Positions 38,593 through 48,037 of a stretch of DNA of 64,000 nucleotides are shown one piece after another (the first letter of the stretch is position 1; each line of letters opens with the position of its first letter). The stretch lies in assembly GCA_965250285.1 (NCBI GenBank), contig OZ252299.1:4128001-4192000 (forward strand), in the 5' to 3' direction. The DNA comes from Myxococcota bacterium (GTDB lineage: Bacteria; Myxococcota_A; UBA9160; UBA4427). The translations under genes and the position numbers were made by a program. The notes under the pieces are model-generated. The model was not told the DNA's origin. It did no database searches and saw only the letters and a program-made list of their open reading frames with translations.

Positions 38593-39681
38593 ATGGCCAG
38601 CGACGCACTCGGCGCGATCGTCGTCGGCACCGGCTTCGGTGTCATCACGCATCTGCGCGCGCTGCGGGCGGCGGGCTTCGAGGTGCACGCCCTCGTCGGA
38701 CGCGACCCCGACAAGACCGCGCAACGCGCTGCCGACTTCGGCGTGGCGGCCGGGCTCACGTCGTTGAGCGAGGCCCTCGCGCTGCCAGGGGTCGATGCCG
38801 TGGCCGTGGCGACGCCCCCGCACACGCATGCCGCGATCGTGCTCGAGGCGATCGAAGCCGGGAAGCACGTCGTGTGCGAGAAGCCCTTTGCCCGCAACGC
38901 CGACGAGGGCCGGCAGATGCTCGAGGCAGCCGAGCGGGCCGGCATCGTTCACATGCTCGGAACCGAGTTCCGTTGGTCGACGGGTCAAGCGCTCGCGACG
39001 CGCGCCGTGCATGCGGGTGAGATCGGTGATCCGCGCCTCGCGACCTTCATGCTCCACGTGCCGGCGCTCGCCGAGCCGAGCGGCGAGGTCCCGGCGTGGT
39101 GGGGCCGAGCAGAGGACGGGGGCGGCTGGCTCGGCGCGTACGCCTCGCATGTCATCGATCACATGCGCACGATGTTCGGAGAGATCGTCGGCGTCAGTGC
39201 ATCGCTTCAGCTCATGTCGGCGCGCGACTGGTCGGCCGAGGATACGTACACCGTTCACTTTCGCACCGAACGCGGCGTCGAGGGGGTGCTGCAGAGCTCG
39301 GCCGGCGCGTGGGGGCCGCCGCTCGTCTGTGCCCGCGTCGCGGGATCGAAAGGCACGCTCTGGATCGAAGGCGACCGCGTCCATGTCGGCGATGCAGCGG
39401 GCGCACGCGAGATCGAGTGCCCCGAGGAGCTGAAGCTCGCCGCGCCGATCCCGCCCGATGCTTCGCTGCTGCACACCGCCTACGACATGCTGCACTCCGG
39501 CGGCATCGATCTCGCGCCGTACACGCGACTCTTCGAGATCTTCGCGGCACGCATCCGGGGCGAAGGCGGCGGGGAAGACCCTGCACCCGCCACGTTCGTC
39601 GACGGTCTCGAGGGTCAGCGCGTGCTGGATGCGATTCGTCGTGCGTCGAACGAACGCACATGGATCACGATCGAGCGCTGA
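38593..39681 (+). CDS. Gfo/Idh/MocA family oxidoreductase
   Basis: VGTGFG, VATPPHTH, GKHVVCEKP, GGGWLGAYASHVID. Confidence 0.93.
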   Translation: MASDALGAIVVGTGFGVITHLRALRAAGFEVHALVGRDPDKTAQRAADFGVAAGLTSLSEALALPGVDAVAVATPPHTHAAIVLEAIEAGKHVVCEKPFARNADEGRQMLEAAERAGIVHMLGTEFRWSTGQALATRAVHAGEIGDPRLATFMLHVPALAEPSGEVPAWWGRAEDGGGWLGAYASHVIDHMRTMFGEIVGVSASLQLMSARDWSAEDTYTVHFRTERGVEGVLQSSAGAWGPPLVCARVAGSKGTLWIEGDRVHVGDAAGAREIECPEELKLAAPIPPDASLLHTAYDMLHSGGIDLAPYTRLFEIFAARIRGEGGGEDPAPATFVDGLEGQRVLDAIRRASNERTWITIER

Positions 39682-39799
39682 GCGAGCGCGCCCGAGCGTA
39701 GGCCGCGCCCGAAGCGCGCCCGGCGAGTCGGGCGGGCGAGCGGCGCGTTTGGCCCCGCGCGACCCCGACGAGCGGGGCCGCGCGGAGCCGGGGTGGGTC

Positions 39800-41389
39800 C
39801 TACGCGAGATCGTCGCCGCGGCTCGGGAGCATCAGCCCCCCGGCGGCCAGCAGCAGCAGTCCGAGGGCAAATGCGCCCCACGGACCGACACCCGGCACGA
39901 GGATCTCGATCTCACAGGTGGACGAGCAGCCGTCTTCGTCCGCCGTGTTGCCGTCGTCGCAGACCTCGCCCGGATCGAGCACGCCGTTGCCGCAGACCTC
40001 GGGCTGGCAGACGGCCGAACAGCCGTCGCCGTCGTCGACGTTGCCGTCGTCGCAGCCCTCGCCCGAGTCGATGACGCCATTGCCGCAGCTCTCGAGCTGA
40101 CAGGTCTCGGAGCAGCCATCGCCCCCGATCGCGTTGCCGTCGTCGCAGCTCTCGCCGACGTCGACGATGCTGTTGCCGCAGGCTTCGACGGCGCAAATGG
40201 CCGAGCAGCCATCGCCGCCCATCGTATTGCCGTCATCGCACGCTTCGCCTGGATCGAGCACTGCGTTGCCGCAGACCTCGAGCTGACAGACGGCCGAGCA
40301 GCCATCGCCCCCGGCCGTGTTGCCGTCGTCGCAGGTCTCGCCCACGTCGACGACGTCGTTGCCACAGGCCTCGGCCTGGCACGTGTCGGAGCAGCCGTCG
40401 CCGCCCACCGTGTTGCCGTCGTCACAGGTCTCCCCGACGTCGACCACGCTGTTGCCGCAGGCTTCGATCTCGCAGGTCGCCGAGCAGCCGTCACCGCCAA
40501 CGGTGTTGCCGTCGTCGCACGCCTCGCCTGCATCGACGTTGCCGTCGCCGCACACCTCACCGAGCGAAGGTGCCGTGCCCACGAGCGTCATCTGCACGTC
40601 GTTGTAGACGAGGCTGGTGACGGTGATCTCGACCGTCGTCACGAAGAACAGGCAGCCGATGAAGGTCACCGCGCACTCGTTCACGTCGGTGACGACCGTC
40701 GGCGAGCTGCCCAGGTCGATCAGCATCTGATTGGCCGAGATGTCGAGGATGGTGTCGCCACCGGCCTGGCTGAGCGTGCCCGAGAGCGGCAGATCGCCCG
40801 AGCTGCTGAACGGCTCGGCCCCGATGCCGTAACTGATGATGCCGGTGACGGCGCCGTCCGAGACGCCGGTGAACTCGAAGTTCGGGGTGCCCGAGAAGGC
40901 CCCACCCGCGAGCGGCATCGTCAGCGGTGCATTCAGCTCGAGGCCCTGTTCCACGATGTTGTAGACGAGGTTCAGCGTGAGCAGGTTCGCCCACACCATC
41001 TGCCCCGTGCCCGACTGACCGACGAGCCCGCCAATGCTGAGATCCTCGAGCGTGACCTCGCCGGTCTGCGTATCGAGCGTGACCGTCCCATCGGCGGCGT
41101 AGCCCGGATTCATGACCGTCGCGCTGCCGGTCGTGAACTGCGCTCCGAGCAGTCCGTCGCTGTTCGCGATCACGTCGAAGTTCACCGTGATCGAACCCGA
41201 AGTGAACGTACTCTGCGTCTCGTCTACGTCGAAGACCTGCTGCGCTGCCCCCGCCGACCCCGTGAGGCCAATGCTGGCCAGGGCGACGAGGAACGCAGTG
41301 ACCAGGGCCCCCTTGCCCCGAGCGCTGCGACGCCGCGATCTGCCCAACTGATTCCACTGACTTGCCAACGTCAACATCCGATTCTCCAT
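39800..41389 (-). CDS. Secreted protein with seven Myxococcus-type Cys-rich (DUF4215) repeats and an IPTL-CTERM-like anchor
   Basis: Signal peptide, beta-rich N-domain, 7x CG(N/D)xxxDxGExCDDGNxxxxDGCSxxC, tail [20 protein letters not shown]. Confidence 0.88.
   Translation of the reverse strand: MENRMLTLASQWNQLGRSRRRSARGKGALVTAFLVALASIGLTGSAGAAQQVFDVDETQSTFTSGSITVNFDVIANSDGLLGAQFTTGSATVMNPGYAADGTVTLDTQTGEVTLEDLSIGGLVGQSGTGQMVWANLLTLNLVYNIVEQGLELNAPLTMPLAGGAFSGTPNFEFTGVSDGAVTGIISYGIGAEPFSSSGDLPLSGTLSQAGGDTILDISANQMLIDLGSSPTVVTDVNECAVTFIGCLFFVTTVEITVTSLVYNDVQMTLVGTAPSLGEVCGDGNVDAGEACDDGNTVGGDGCSATCEIEACGNSVVDVGETCDDGNTVGGDGCSDTCQAEACGNDVVDVGETCDDGNTAGGDGCSAVCQLEVCGNAVLDPGEACDDGNTMGGDGCSAICAVEACGNSIVDVGESCDDGNAIGGDGCSETCQLESCGNGVIDSGEGCDDGNVDDGDGCSAVCQPEVCGNGVLDPGEVCDDGNTADEDGCSSTCEIEILVPGVGPWGAFALGLLLLAAGGLMLPSRGDDLA
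39908..40558 (-). repeat. Coding tandem repeat, 7 x 93 bp
   Basis: 651 bp equals seven 31-aa Cys-rich units. Confidence 0.92.
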
Positions 41390-41813
41390 TCGACCCGGTC
41401 GATCAGCCCACTTCTCGACCGGAGATCAAGATCAGTACCCGGTTCTGCACTGTTCGTCGTTTGCCGTTCGTTCTGGTGCTCGGCTCGAGTCGCGTTCGTG
41501 GTGTCGTCAAAACGCGCGTTCGAACCGCTGTCGATCCTACGCACGCTCGTCGCCGAAGTGGAAAGAAAGCGATCGAACGATCTGCATTCGCTCGACTTGC
41601 CTACCCGATGCGAGTGCGGTCGTTTCATGCGAGAAGCATGCGTTGAACGCACTCGTGTGTTCGTGTCGCCATTCAGGCATCGAAAACCGGCCGATCGGCG
41701 TTCGTGGTACGGTTCTGTCGATGAGCCAGTCCCGCTGGCGTTGTCACACGCCAGCTCGACCCGCACCGATCACACGTGATGTCAGATTCGAAACGCAAAG
41801 GAGATCGTGCGAA

Positions 41814-42767
41814 ATGGCGAGTGACGCAGAAGAAGCCGTGGCGCCGAGGCGGCGCACGCTGACGCGAGCCGAGCGCATCGTCGCCGTCGTCGGCTTTCCG
41901 CTGCTCATCACCGTCGACGTCACGGTGTACATCGCCGCCATCGAGCGCGGCGTCGACGCGAACCTCGCCGCCACCGCGCTGATCGTGATCAGCTTCGCAG
42001 CCATCGCGGTGACGGAGCGTTTCTTTCCATGGCAGCGCAGCTGGCTCAGAGCCCAGGGCGACGTCTTGACCGACATCGGGCTCGCGCTCTCGAACAACGT
42101 CGTGGTCAGCATCGGGGGACCGGCCGTGCTCGCCATCGTGGCGACGCTCGGCGCCGCGGCGTCGGAGGCGATCGGCGCGGGCCTCTGGCCGAGTGCGTGG
42201 CCGTGGGTCGGGCAGCTCGCGCTGGCACTCGTGCTCGCAGAGCTGGGCGAGTATTCGTTTCACCGCGCCATGCACGAGATCCCGTGGCTGTGGCGCCTGC
42301 ACGCGACGCACCACAGCGCGCCGCGGCTCTATTGGCTGAACGCCGCGCGATTCCATCCGCTCGACCTGTTCGTCGTCACGGTTCTAAAAGGGATCCCGCT
42401 GATCCTGCTCGGCGCGCCGCTCGAGGTCTTCGCGCTCGTGAACCTCTTCTCGGCCGTGCACGGCGCGTATCAGCACGCCAACCTGCCGGTGCGGCTCGGA
42501 CCGCTCAACTGGGTCTTCAGCCTCACCGAGCTGCATCGCTGGCATCACTCGCGGCGCATGGAAGAAGCCAACCACAACTACGGCGGCAATCTCATCATCT
42601 GGGACGTCGTCTTCGGCACGCGCTGGCTGCCCGACGACCGCGATCCCCCCGAAGAGATCGGCATCGAGGCCCTGCCCGCGTTTCCGAAGGGCTTCTTCGC
42701 GAACCTGCTGGTGCCCTTCCGGTGGAAGCAGGTCGAGGCCGATGCTTCGCGCGACGCCGCGGGCTGA
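41814..42767 (+). CDS. Sterol desaturase / fatty acid hydroxylase family protein
   Basis: His boxes HRAMH, HATHHS, HAN, HRWHHS, NYG; multiple TM helices. Confidence 0.92.
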   Translation: MASDAEEAVAPRRRTLTRAERIVAVVGFPLLITVDVTVYIAAIERGVDANLAATALIVISFAAIAVTERFFPWQRSWLRAQGDVLTDIGLALSNNVVVSIGGPAVLAIVATLGAAASEAIGAGLWPSAWPWVGQLALALVLAELGEYSFHRAMHEIPWLWRLHATHHSAPRLYWLNAARFHPLDLFVVTVLKGIPLILLGAPLEVFALVNLFSAVHGAYQHANLPVRLGPLNWVFSLTELHRWHHSRRMEEANHNYGGNLIIWDVVFGTRWLPDDRDPPEEIGIEALPAFPKGFFANLLVPFRWKQVEADASRDAAG

Positions 42768-42882
42768 GGACGCGCCGCAAGGGTCGGGCACCCGCCCGCC
42801 GACAGCCGGCTCATCGACCGTGCCGGCCGACGACGGTCGGAGGGAGCCGATCGGAATGGGCGACTCCGCGCGGCGGCGTCGG

Positions 42883-44400
42883 TCAGCTCGGGCTCGACAC
42901 CTCTTCGAGCCCACCGGTCTGAATCTGCTCGACGAGCAGCGCGCGCTGCACCTGACCGGTGGCGGCCGTGCGCGGCAGCGCGTCGATCAGGAAGAGCCGG
43001 CGCGGCTTCTTGAAGCCGGCGAGCTTGCCTTCGAGCGCCGCAGACAGGGCCTCGAGCGAAAGCGCAGCGCCGCCGCGCGCGACCGCCACGGCGCAGACCA
43101 CCTCGCCCCAGTCGACGTCGGGCACACCGACGACGGCGATCTCGTCGACGCCCGGTGCGCCCGCCAGGGCCGCTTCGACCTCGCTCGGCGAGATGCTCTC
43201 GCCCCCACTGCGAATCAGCTCCTTCTTGCGGCCGACGATCGAGAGGTACCCCTCGTCGTCGAACGCCCCGAGGTCGCCGGTGTAGTACCAGCCGTCGCGC
43301 AGGCTGTGGGCCGTCGCGTCGGCATCGTCGAAGTAGCCATCCATGAGAAAGGCGCTGCGGCAGCGAATCTCGCCTTCGTCGGTGAGCTCGACGTCGACGC
43401 CGATCGATGCCGGCCCGACGCTGCCGGGCTTCCGAAGCACGTCTTCGTCGGCGAGGTTCGTCGCCGACCCGCACTCGGTCGAGCCGTAGTAGATGCGCGT
43501 CACGGTGTCTGGGAACCGATCCTTGAGCGACCGCACCAGCTCGATCGGCACTGCCGACGTACCCGTGTCGAGCTCGCGCAGCGCGGATAGATCCCAGCGA
43601 TTCGTATCGAGCGCGAGGATGCGGTTCCACACGAGCGGGATGCAGTAGATGCGATTCGATCGATGACGCTCGGCCGCATCGAGGATCGCCTCGGCCGTCG
43701 CCTGCTCGACGAAGGCGATGTCGCCGCGCGTCTGCCAGGCCGCGAGCGCGAGCGTGAACGCCGCCATGTGAAAGAGCGGAAACATGCAGACGGTCTTCTC
43801 GGGCGCATCTCGAAAGACGCCCTGGAACGTCCGTAGATGATTCGCACGGTGGGAGAGCACGACGCCCTTCGGGCGACCGGTGCTCCCGCTCGTGAAGAAG
43901 ACGACGTGCGGGTCACCCTCGCGCAGGGCCGGCTCGTCGAGATCGCGCGCGTCGTCGAAGCGCGCTGGCTCGAGGATCGGGTCGAAGCCCGAGGCTGCGC
44001 CCGGATAGAACGCAACGCGCTCGATCCCGGCGACCTGTGCGACGCGTTCGGCGTCGCTGGCGCGCACCGCGTCGACCACCAGGAGGGTCGCGCGAGCCAG
44101 CCGGGCGACCTCGGCCGCCTCGTCGGCGCCGAGGCGCGCGTTGAGCGGCGCAAACACCGCGCCGAGCTTCGCGAGCGCGACGAACAGCGGCAGCACGTCG
44201 AGCGAGGTGTCGGCCCACGACACGACGCGGTCGCCGTGCCCGACGCCGAGGGCCCGCAGCGCCCAGGCGAGGCGGTTGCCATTCGCGTCGAGCTCACCGT
44301 GCGTGACGACGCGGTCACCCAGCGAAGCCGCAGGGCGGTCGGGGACGACCCGCGCGTTGCGCCGGAAGAGATCGCCGATGAGGAGCGGTCGGGTTGCCAT
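42883..44400 (-). CDS. Acyl-CoA synthetase (AMP-binding)
   Basis: FTSGSTGRPKG, YGSTE, YTGDLG, GRKKELIRSGGE. Confidence 0.94.
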   Translation of the reverse strand: MATRPLLIGDLFRRNARVVPDRPAASLGDRVVTHGELDANGNRLAWALRALGVGHGDRVVSWADTSLDVLPLFVALAKLGAVFAPLNARLGADEAAEVARLARATLLVVDAVRASDAERVAQVAGIERVAFYPGAASGFDPILEPARFDDARDLDEPALREGDPHVVFFTSGSTGRPKGVVLSHRANHLRTFQGVFRDAPEKTVCMFPLFHMAAFTLALAAWQTRGDIAFVEQATAEAILDAAERHRSNRIYCIPLVWNRILALDTNRWDLSALRELDTGTSAVPIELVRSLKDRFPDTVTRIYYGSTECGSATNLADEDVLRKPGSVGPASIGVDVELTDEGEIRCRSAFLMDGYFDDADATAHSLRDGWYYTGDLGAFDDEGYLSIVGRKKELIRSGGESISPSEVEAALAGAPGVDEIAVVGVPDVDWGEVVCAVAVARGGAALSLEALSAALEGKLAGFKKPRRLFLIDALPRTAATGQVQRALLVEQIQTGGLEEVSSPS

Positions 44401-44412
44401 GAGCCGAGATCC

Positions 44413-44446
44413 AGAATACCATTCTACGCTCTGGGAACAATGTTCT
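44413..44446. promoter_or_regulatory. Candidate tandem TetR operators
   Basis: Related palindromic 13-mers agaataccattct (44413) and ggaacaatgttct (44434), 21 bp apart, in a divergent promoter. Confidence 0.55.
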
Positions 44447-44507
44447 CTCGCGAGATCTCGGGCGCGCCCGGCCGAATGGGCCGCCGACGCCCGATCAGGA
44501 GTCCACC

Positions 44508-45158
44508 TTGGCCGATGCCCTGCCCGCCGCTTCCGCCGTGGTCGAGCGCTCGCTCGCGAGCCGTCGCGCGGCCGCCGAAGCCGAGGTGGGCCGGCTGATC
44601 GAGGCCGCGCTCTCGGTCATCCAGCGTACGGGGCAGCTCGAGCCCCGGGTCGGCGAGATCGTGCGCGAGGCGGGTCTGCACAATCAGGCCTTCTACCGGC
44701 ACTTTCGCTCGAAGCACGAGCTGCTCGCCGCGGTGCTCGATCACGGCATCGCCGTGCTGGCGAGCTACGTCGACCACCGAATGGCCGCCGCCGAGACACC
44801 GAGCGACCGAGTCGAGGCGTGGCTATCGGGGGTACTCGAGCAGGCCCTCGACCCGTCGGGCGCCGACGCGACCCGGCCCTTCGCGCTCGCGCGTGGACGC
44901 CTCGCCGAGGTCTGCCCCGACGAGGTGCGAGAGTCGGAGCGCCGACTCACGGCGCTGCTCGCCCACGCGATCGAAGCAGGTCGCATGTCGGGCGACTTCC
45001 TCGAGGCCGATGCCGAGGGGGATGCCGAGCTCCTCTACACCCTGGCCATGGGCTTCGTCGAGCGCGCACTCGCGGCGAACGCGACGCCGTCACGAGACGA
45101 TGCCGCGCGACTCGTCGACTTCGCGCTGGCCGGTCTGTCGCGCAGCGGCGGTCGGTAA
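44508..45158 (+). CDS. TetR/AcrR family regulator
   Basis: RVGEIVREAGLHNQAFYRHFRSKHELL HTH. Confidence 0.92.
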   Translation: MADALPAASAVVERSLASRRAAAEAEVGRLIEAALSVIQRTGQLEPRVGEIVREAGLHNQAFYRHFRSKHELLAAVLDHGIAVLASYVDHRMAAAETPSDRVEAWLSGVLEQALDPSGADATRPFALARGRLAEVCPDEVRESERRLTALLAHAIEAGRMSGDFLEADAEGDAELLYTLAMGFVERALAANATPSRDDAARLVDFALAGLSRSGGR

Positions 45159-45161
45159 CCG

Positions 45162-45734
45162 ATGGAACGCGAGGTCTTTCTCACCGGCATCGGCGGCCAG
45201 GGCGTCCAGCTCGCCGCGCGCATCCTCGCGCTCGCCGCGATGGAAGAAGGCCGCGAGGTGATGTCGCTCGGGACGTACGGCGGCACGATGCGCGGCGGCA
45301 ACACCGACTCGACCGTCGTCGTCGCCGACACGGGCATCGGCGCGCCCCCGATCGTTGCGCGGGGCTGGTCGGCGCTCGTGATGCACCCGCGCTACTTCGA
45401 GCCGCTGCGCGCGAAGCTGCGCGCCGGCGGCGTGGTCGTCTACGACGCCGGCCTCGTCGAGGGCGAGCTCGACGTCGGCGATGCACGCGCGTTCGGCGTC
45501 GATGCCGGCGCGCTCGCCAAGCAGGCCGACGCCCGCGGCGCAGGCTCGATCGCGCTGCTCGGTGCGTACTGCGGCCTCACGGGTCTCGTCGGGCTCGACG
45601 CGCTTCGCTCGGCCATGAAGGCGGCGGTGCCGCCCTACCGCCACGACCGACTCGAGGCGAACGAACGCGCCCTCGCGCTGGGCTTCGAGACCTTGCCGGC
45701 TGCGCAGATGCCCGCCTGGGAGGACGCCGCATGA
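45162..45734 (+). CDS. 2-oxoacid:ferredoxin oxidoreductase gamma subunit
   Basis: TGIGGQGVQL, YGGTMRGG, N.RAL..G. Confidence 0.92.
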   Translation: MEREVFLTGIGGQGVQLAARILALAAMEEGREVMSLGTYGGTMRGGNTDSTVVVADTGIGAPPIVARGWSALVMHPRYFEPLRAKLRAGGVVVYDAGLVEGELDVGDARAFGVDAGALAKQADARGAGSIALLGAYCGLTGLVGLDALRSAMKAAVPPYRHDRLEANERALALGFETLPAAQMPAWEDAA

Positions 45735-45772
45735 GCCATCGACTCAGCCCCGCGGAAGGAGTCGGCGCATGA
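45731..45772 (+). other. Putative 13-codon bridging mini-ORF (MSHRLSPAEGVGA)
   Basis: ATGA overlap with the gamma stop and ATGA overlap with the delta start; own GGAGG SD. Confidence 0.6.
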
Positions 45773-46017
45773 GCGAGATCGAGTCGCGCGGCACGGTTCG
45801 GATCGCGACTGAGCGCTGCAAGGGCTGCGAGCTCTGCGTGCCCGCCTGTCCGCCGAAGGTGCTCTCGATGTCGGCGACCCAGAACGACGCGGGCTACGCC
45901 GTGCCCGAGCTCGCGCCCGGCTGCACGGGCTGCGGCGCCTGCCTGCTCGTGTGCCCCGACTTCTGCTTCGAGATCTACCGGTACGAGACGCCCATCCGGC
46001 ACGAGGTGAGCTCGTGA
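45769..46017 (+). CDS. 2-oxoacid:ferredoxin oxidoreductase delta subunit (2x[4Fe-4S])
   Basis: CKGCELCVPACP and CTGCGACLLVCP. Confidence 0.94.
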   Translation: MSEIESRGTVRIATERCKGCELCVPACPPKVLSMSATQNDAGYAVPELAPGCTGCGACLLVCPDFCFEIYRYETPIRHEVSS

Positions 46018-46055
46018 CCCCGCGATCCACAGCGCGCGACGAGGTGAGCCGATGA
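46014..46055 (+). other. Putative 13-codon bridging mini-ORF (MTPRSTARDEVSR)
   Basis: GTGA overlap with the delta stop, ATGA overlap with the alpha start; acgaggtgagc repeated at a 38-bp offset. Confidence 0.6.
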
Positions 46056-47152
46056 CGCGACGACTCATGGAGGGCAGCGAGGCGATGGCCGAGGCCGCGA
46101 TCGCGGCCGGCTGTCGTTTCTTCGCAGGCTATCCGATGACGCCCTTCACCGAGCTGCTCGAGGCCTTCGCGAAGCGACTGCCCGAAGAAGGCGGTGCGTG
46201 CATCAACGCCGAGAGCGAGCTCGAGGCGATCGGCCAGGCGTGGGGCGCCGCCGCGACCGGGTCTCGCGCCGCGACCGGCTCGACGGGCCAGGGGCTCTCG
46301 CTCATGCAGGAGTCGATGTCGGAGATCACGCGCGCCGAGATCCCCATCGTGTTCTTCAACATGGCGCGCGGTCAGGGCGACTACTTTCAAGCGACGCGGG
46401 GCGGCGGACACGGCGATTATCGGCACATCGTGCTCGCGCCGATCGACGTGCGCGAAGGCGTCGAGCTCACGCAGCTCGCCTTCCACCTGGCCGATCGCTG
46501 GCGCCACCCCGTGCTGCTGCTGGGCGACTACCTGCTCGCGCATACGGCCGAAGCCGTCGACGTGACACCGATCGAGTTCGACCCGCTGCCCGAGAAGGAT
46601 TGGGCCGTCGACGGGTCGCTCGGCGGCACGGGTCGATCGCGCAACTTGAACCCGATCGGCATGGTCAAGGGCACGAAGGGCATCGACCCCGACGCGTTCT
46701 GGCGGAAGCTGCAGCAGAAGCAGGACCACATCGAGGCGAGTGAGCAGCGCTTCGAAGCCGAGCACACCGAAGACGCCGAGATCCTGATCGTCGCCTACGG
46801 CACGCTCGCCCGGTTCGCGCGGCACGCCGTGCGCGAGCTCCGCGCGGAGGGTATCCGCGCCGGCTACTTCCGACCGATCTCGCTTTGGCCCTTCCCGAGC
46901 GCCGCGCTCGCCGAAGCCGCGCGCGGCGTGGCCCGGGTCGCTTGCCTCGAGCAGAACGCGGGACAGATGATCGACGACGTGCGGCTCTCGGTACTCGGCG
47001 AAGCGCCCGTCGTCCCGATCGGCGGCATCTCGACCGACGCGGCCGGCTTCGGCATCGGACCCCTGCTCGACCCCGAGGTCGTTCGCTCTCGCATCGAGGC
47101 CGCCATCGAAGGCCGGGCCGTCGACGGTGTACTCGGAGGCGCCATCGCATGA
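46052..47152 (+). CDS. 2-oxoacid:ferredoxin oxidoreductase alpha subunit (VOR-like)
   Basis: FFAGYPMTP, AESELEA, GQGLSLMQE, QGDYFQATRGGGHGDY, RPISLWPFP. Confidence 0.93.
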   Translation: MTRRLMEGSEAMAEAAIAAGCRFFAGYPMTPFTELLEAFAKRLPEEGGACINAESELEAIGQAWGAAATGSRAATGSTGQGLSLMQESMSEITRAEIPIVFFNMARGQGDYFQATRGGGHGDYRHIVLAPIDVREGVELTQLAFHLADRWRHPVLLLGDYLLAHTAEAVDVTPIEFDPLPEKDWAVDGSLGGTGRSRNLNPIGMVKGTKGIDPDAFWRKLQQKQDHIEASEQRFEAEHTEDAEILIVAYGTLARFARHAVRELRAEGIRAGYFRPISLWPFPSAALAEAARGVARVACLEQNAGQMIDDVRLSVLGEAPVVPIGGISTDAAGFGIGPLLDPEVVRSRIEAAIEGRAVDGVLGGAIA

Positions 47153-47937
47153 AGATCGATACGAAGACCCAGCCCGAGAACGCCGAGCGCCGCGGAGATT
47201 TCGCGTCGCCGCTGCAGCTGACGACCGACCACGACCTGTGTCCGGGCTGCGGCGAACCGGTCGCGCTGCGCGCCATGCTCGATGCCGTCGAGAAGCTCGA
47301 TCTGCAGCGGCGCACGATCGGCGTGATCGGCATCGGCTGCTACACCGCGCTCACGTCTCTGATCGATCTCGACCTGATCCAGGCGCTGCACGGCCGCGCC
47401 CCGTCGGTCGCGACCGGGGCCAAGCGCATGCGGCCCGACCGGCTCGTCTTCACGCTGCAGGGCGACGGCGACATGGTGAACGAAGGCCTGCAAGAGGTGA
47501 TTCACACCGCGGCACGCGGCGAGAGCGTGACCTGCGTGTTGCTCAACAACGGCGTGTTCGGCGAGACGGGAGGTCACATGACCGCGACCACCGTGATCGG
47601 CCAGCGAACGAAGAACTCGCTCGAGGGCCGCGACCCGAGCTATCACGGACATCCGATCCTGATCTCGGACATGCTCGCCGGGCTGGGGGGGGTCGGCTAC
47701 GTCGCACGAGGTTCGGTGCACGACGCCGCTGGGGTGACGAAGACCCGTCGCTATCTCGAGCGCGCCTTCGAGAGTCAGATGAAGGGCGAGGGCTTCTCGT
47801 TCGTCGAGATCCTCACCATGTGCCCGACGGGCTGGTTCATCGGCACGCCCGAAGGACCGGGCTATCTCGATGAGGTCATGGGCAGCGTGCACGTGACGGG
47901 CGAGCTCAAGGTCGGCGGCGAGCTACAGCCACGCTGA
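47149..47937 (+). CDS. 2-oxoacid:ferredoxin oxidoreductase beta subunit (ThDP-binding)
   Basis: LCPGCG, GIGC, HGRA, QGDGD...NN, TGG, CPTGW; ATGA overlap with alpha. Confidence 0.93.
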   Translation: MKIDTKTQPENAERRGDFASPLQLTTDHDLCPGCGEPVALRAMLDAVEKLDLQRRTIGVIGIGCYTALTSLIDLDLIQALHGRAPSVATGAKRMRPDRLVFTLQGDGDMVNEGLQEVIHTAARGESVTCVLLNNGVFGETGGHMTATTVIGQRTKNSLEGRDPSYHGHPILISDMLAGLGGVGYVARGSVHDAAGVTKTRRYLERAFESQMKGEGFSFVEILTMCPTGWFIGTPEGPGYLDEVMGSVHVTGELKVGGELQPR

Positions 47938-48037
47938 ACACCGAATCTCCACACCTGTCTACAGACGGATCCTCGTCCGGACGAAAGCGTCCGAAGCGGT
48001 GCACGCCGGCATCGCCGGCCGATCGAGGATCTCGACG

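Noticed and set aside
39908..40558. 93-bp periodic repeat as CRISPR or a non-coding array
   Set aside because: In-frame protein repeat with codon-level variation
41390..41810. Lower-GC intergenic stretch as an sRNA or foreign insert
   Set aside because: No recognisable RNA motif or repeat boundaries; consistent with a divergent promoter region
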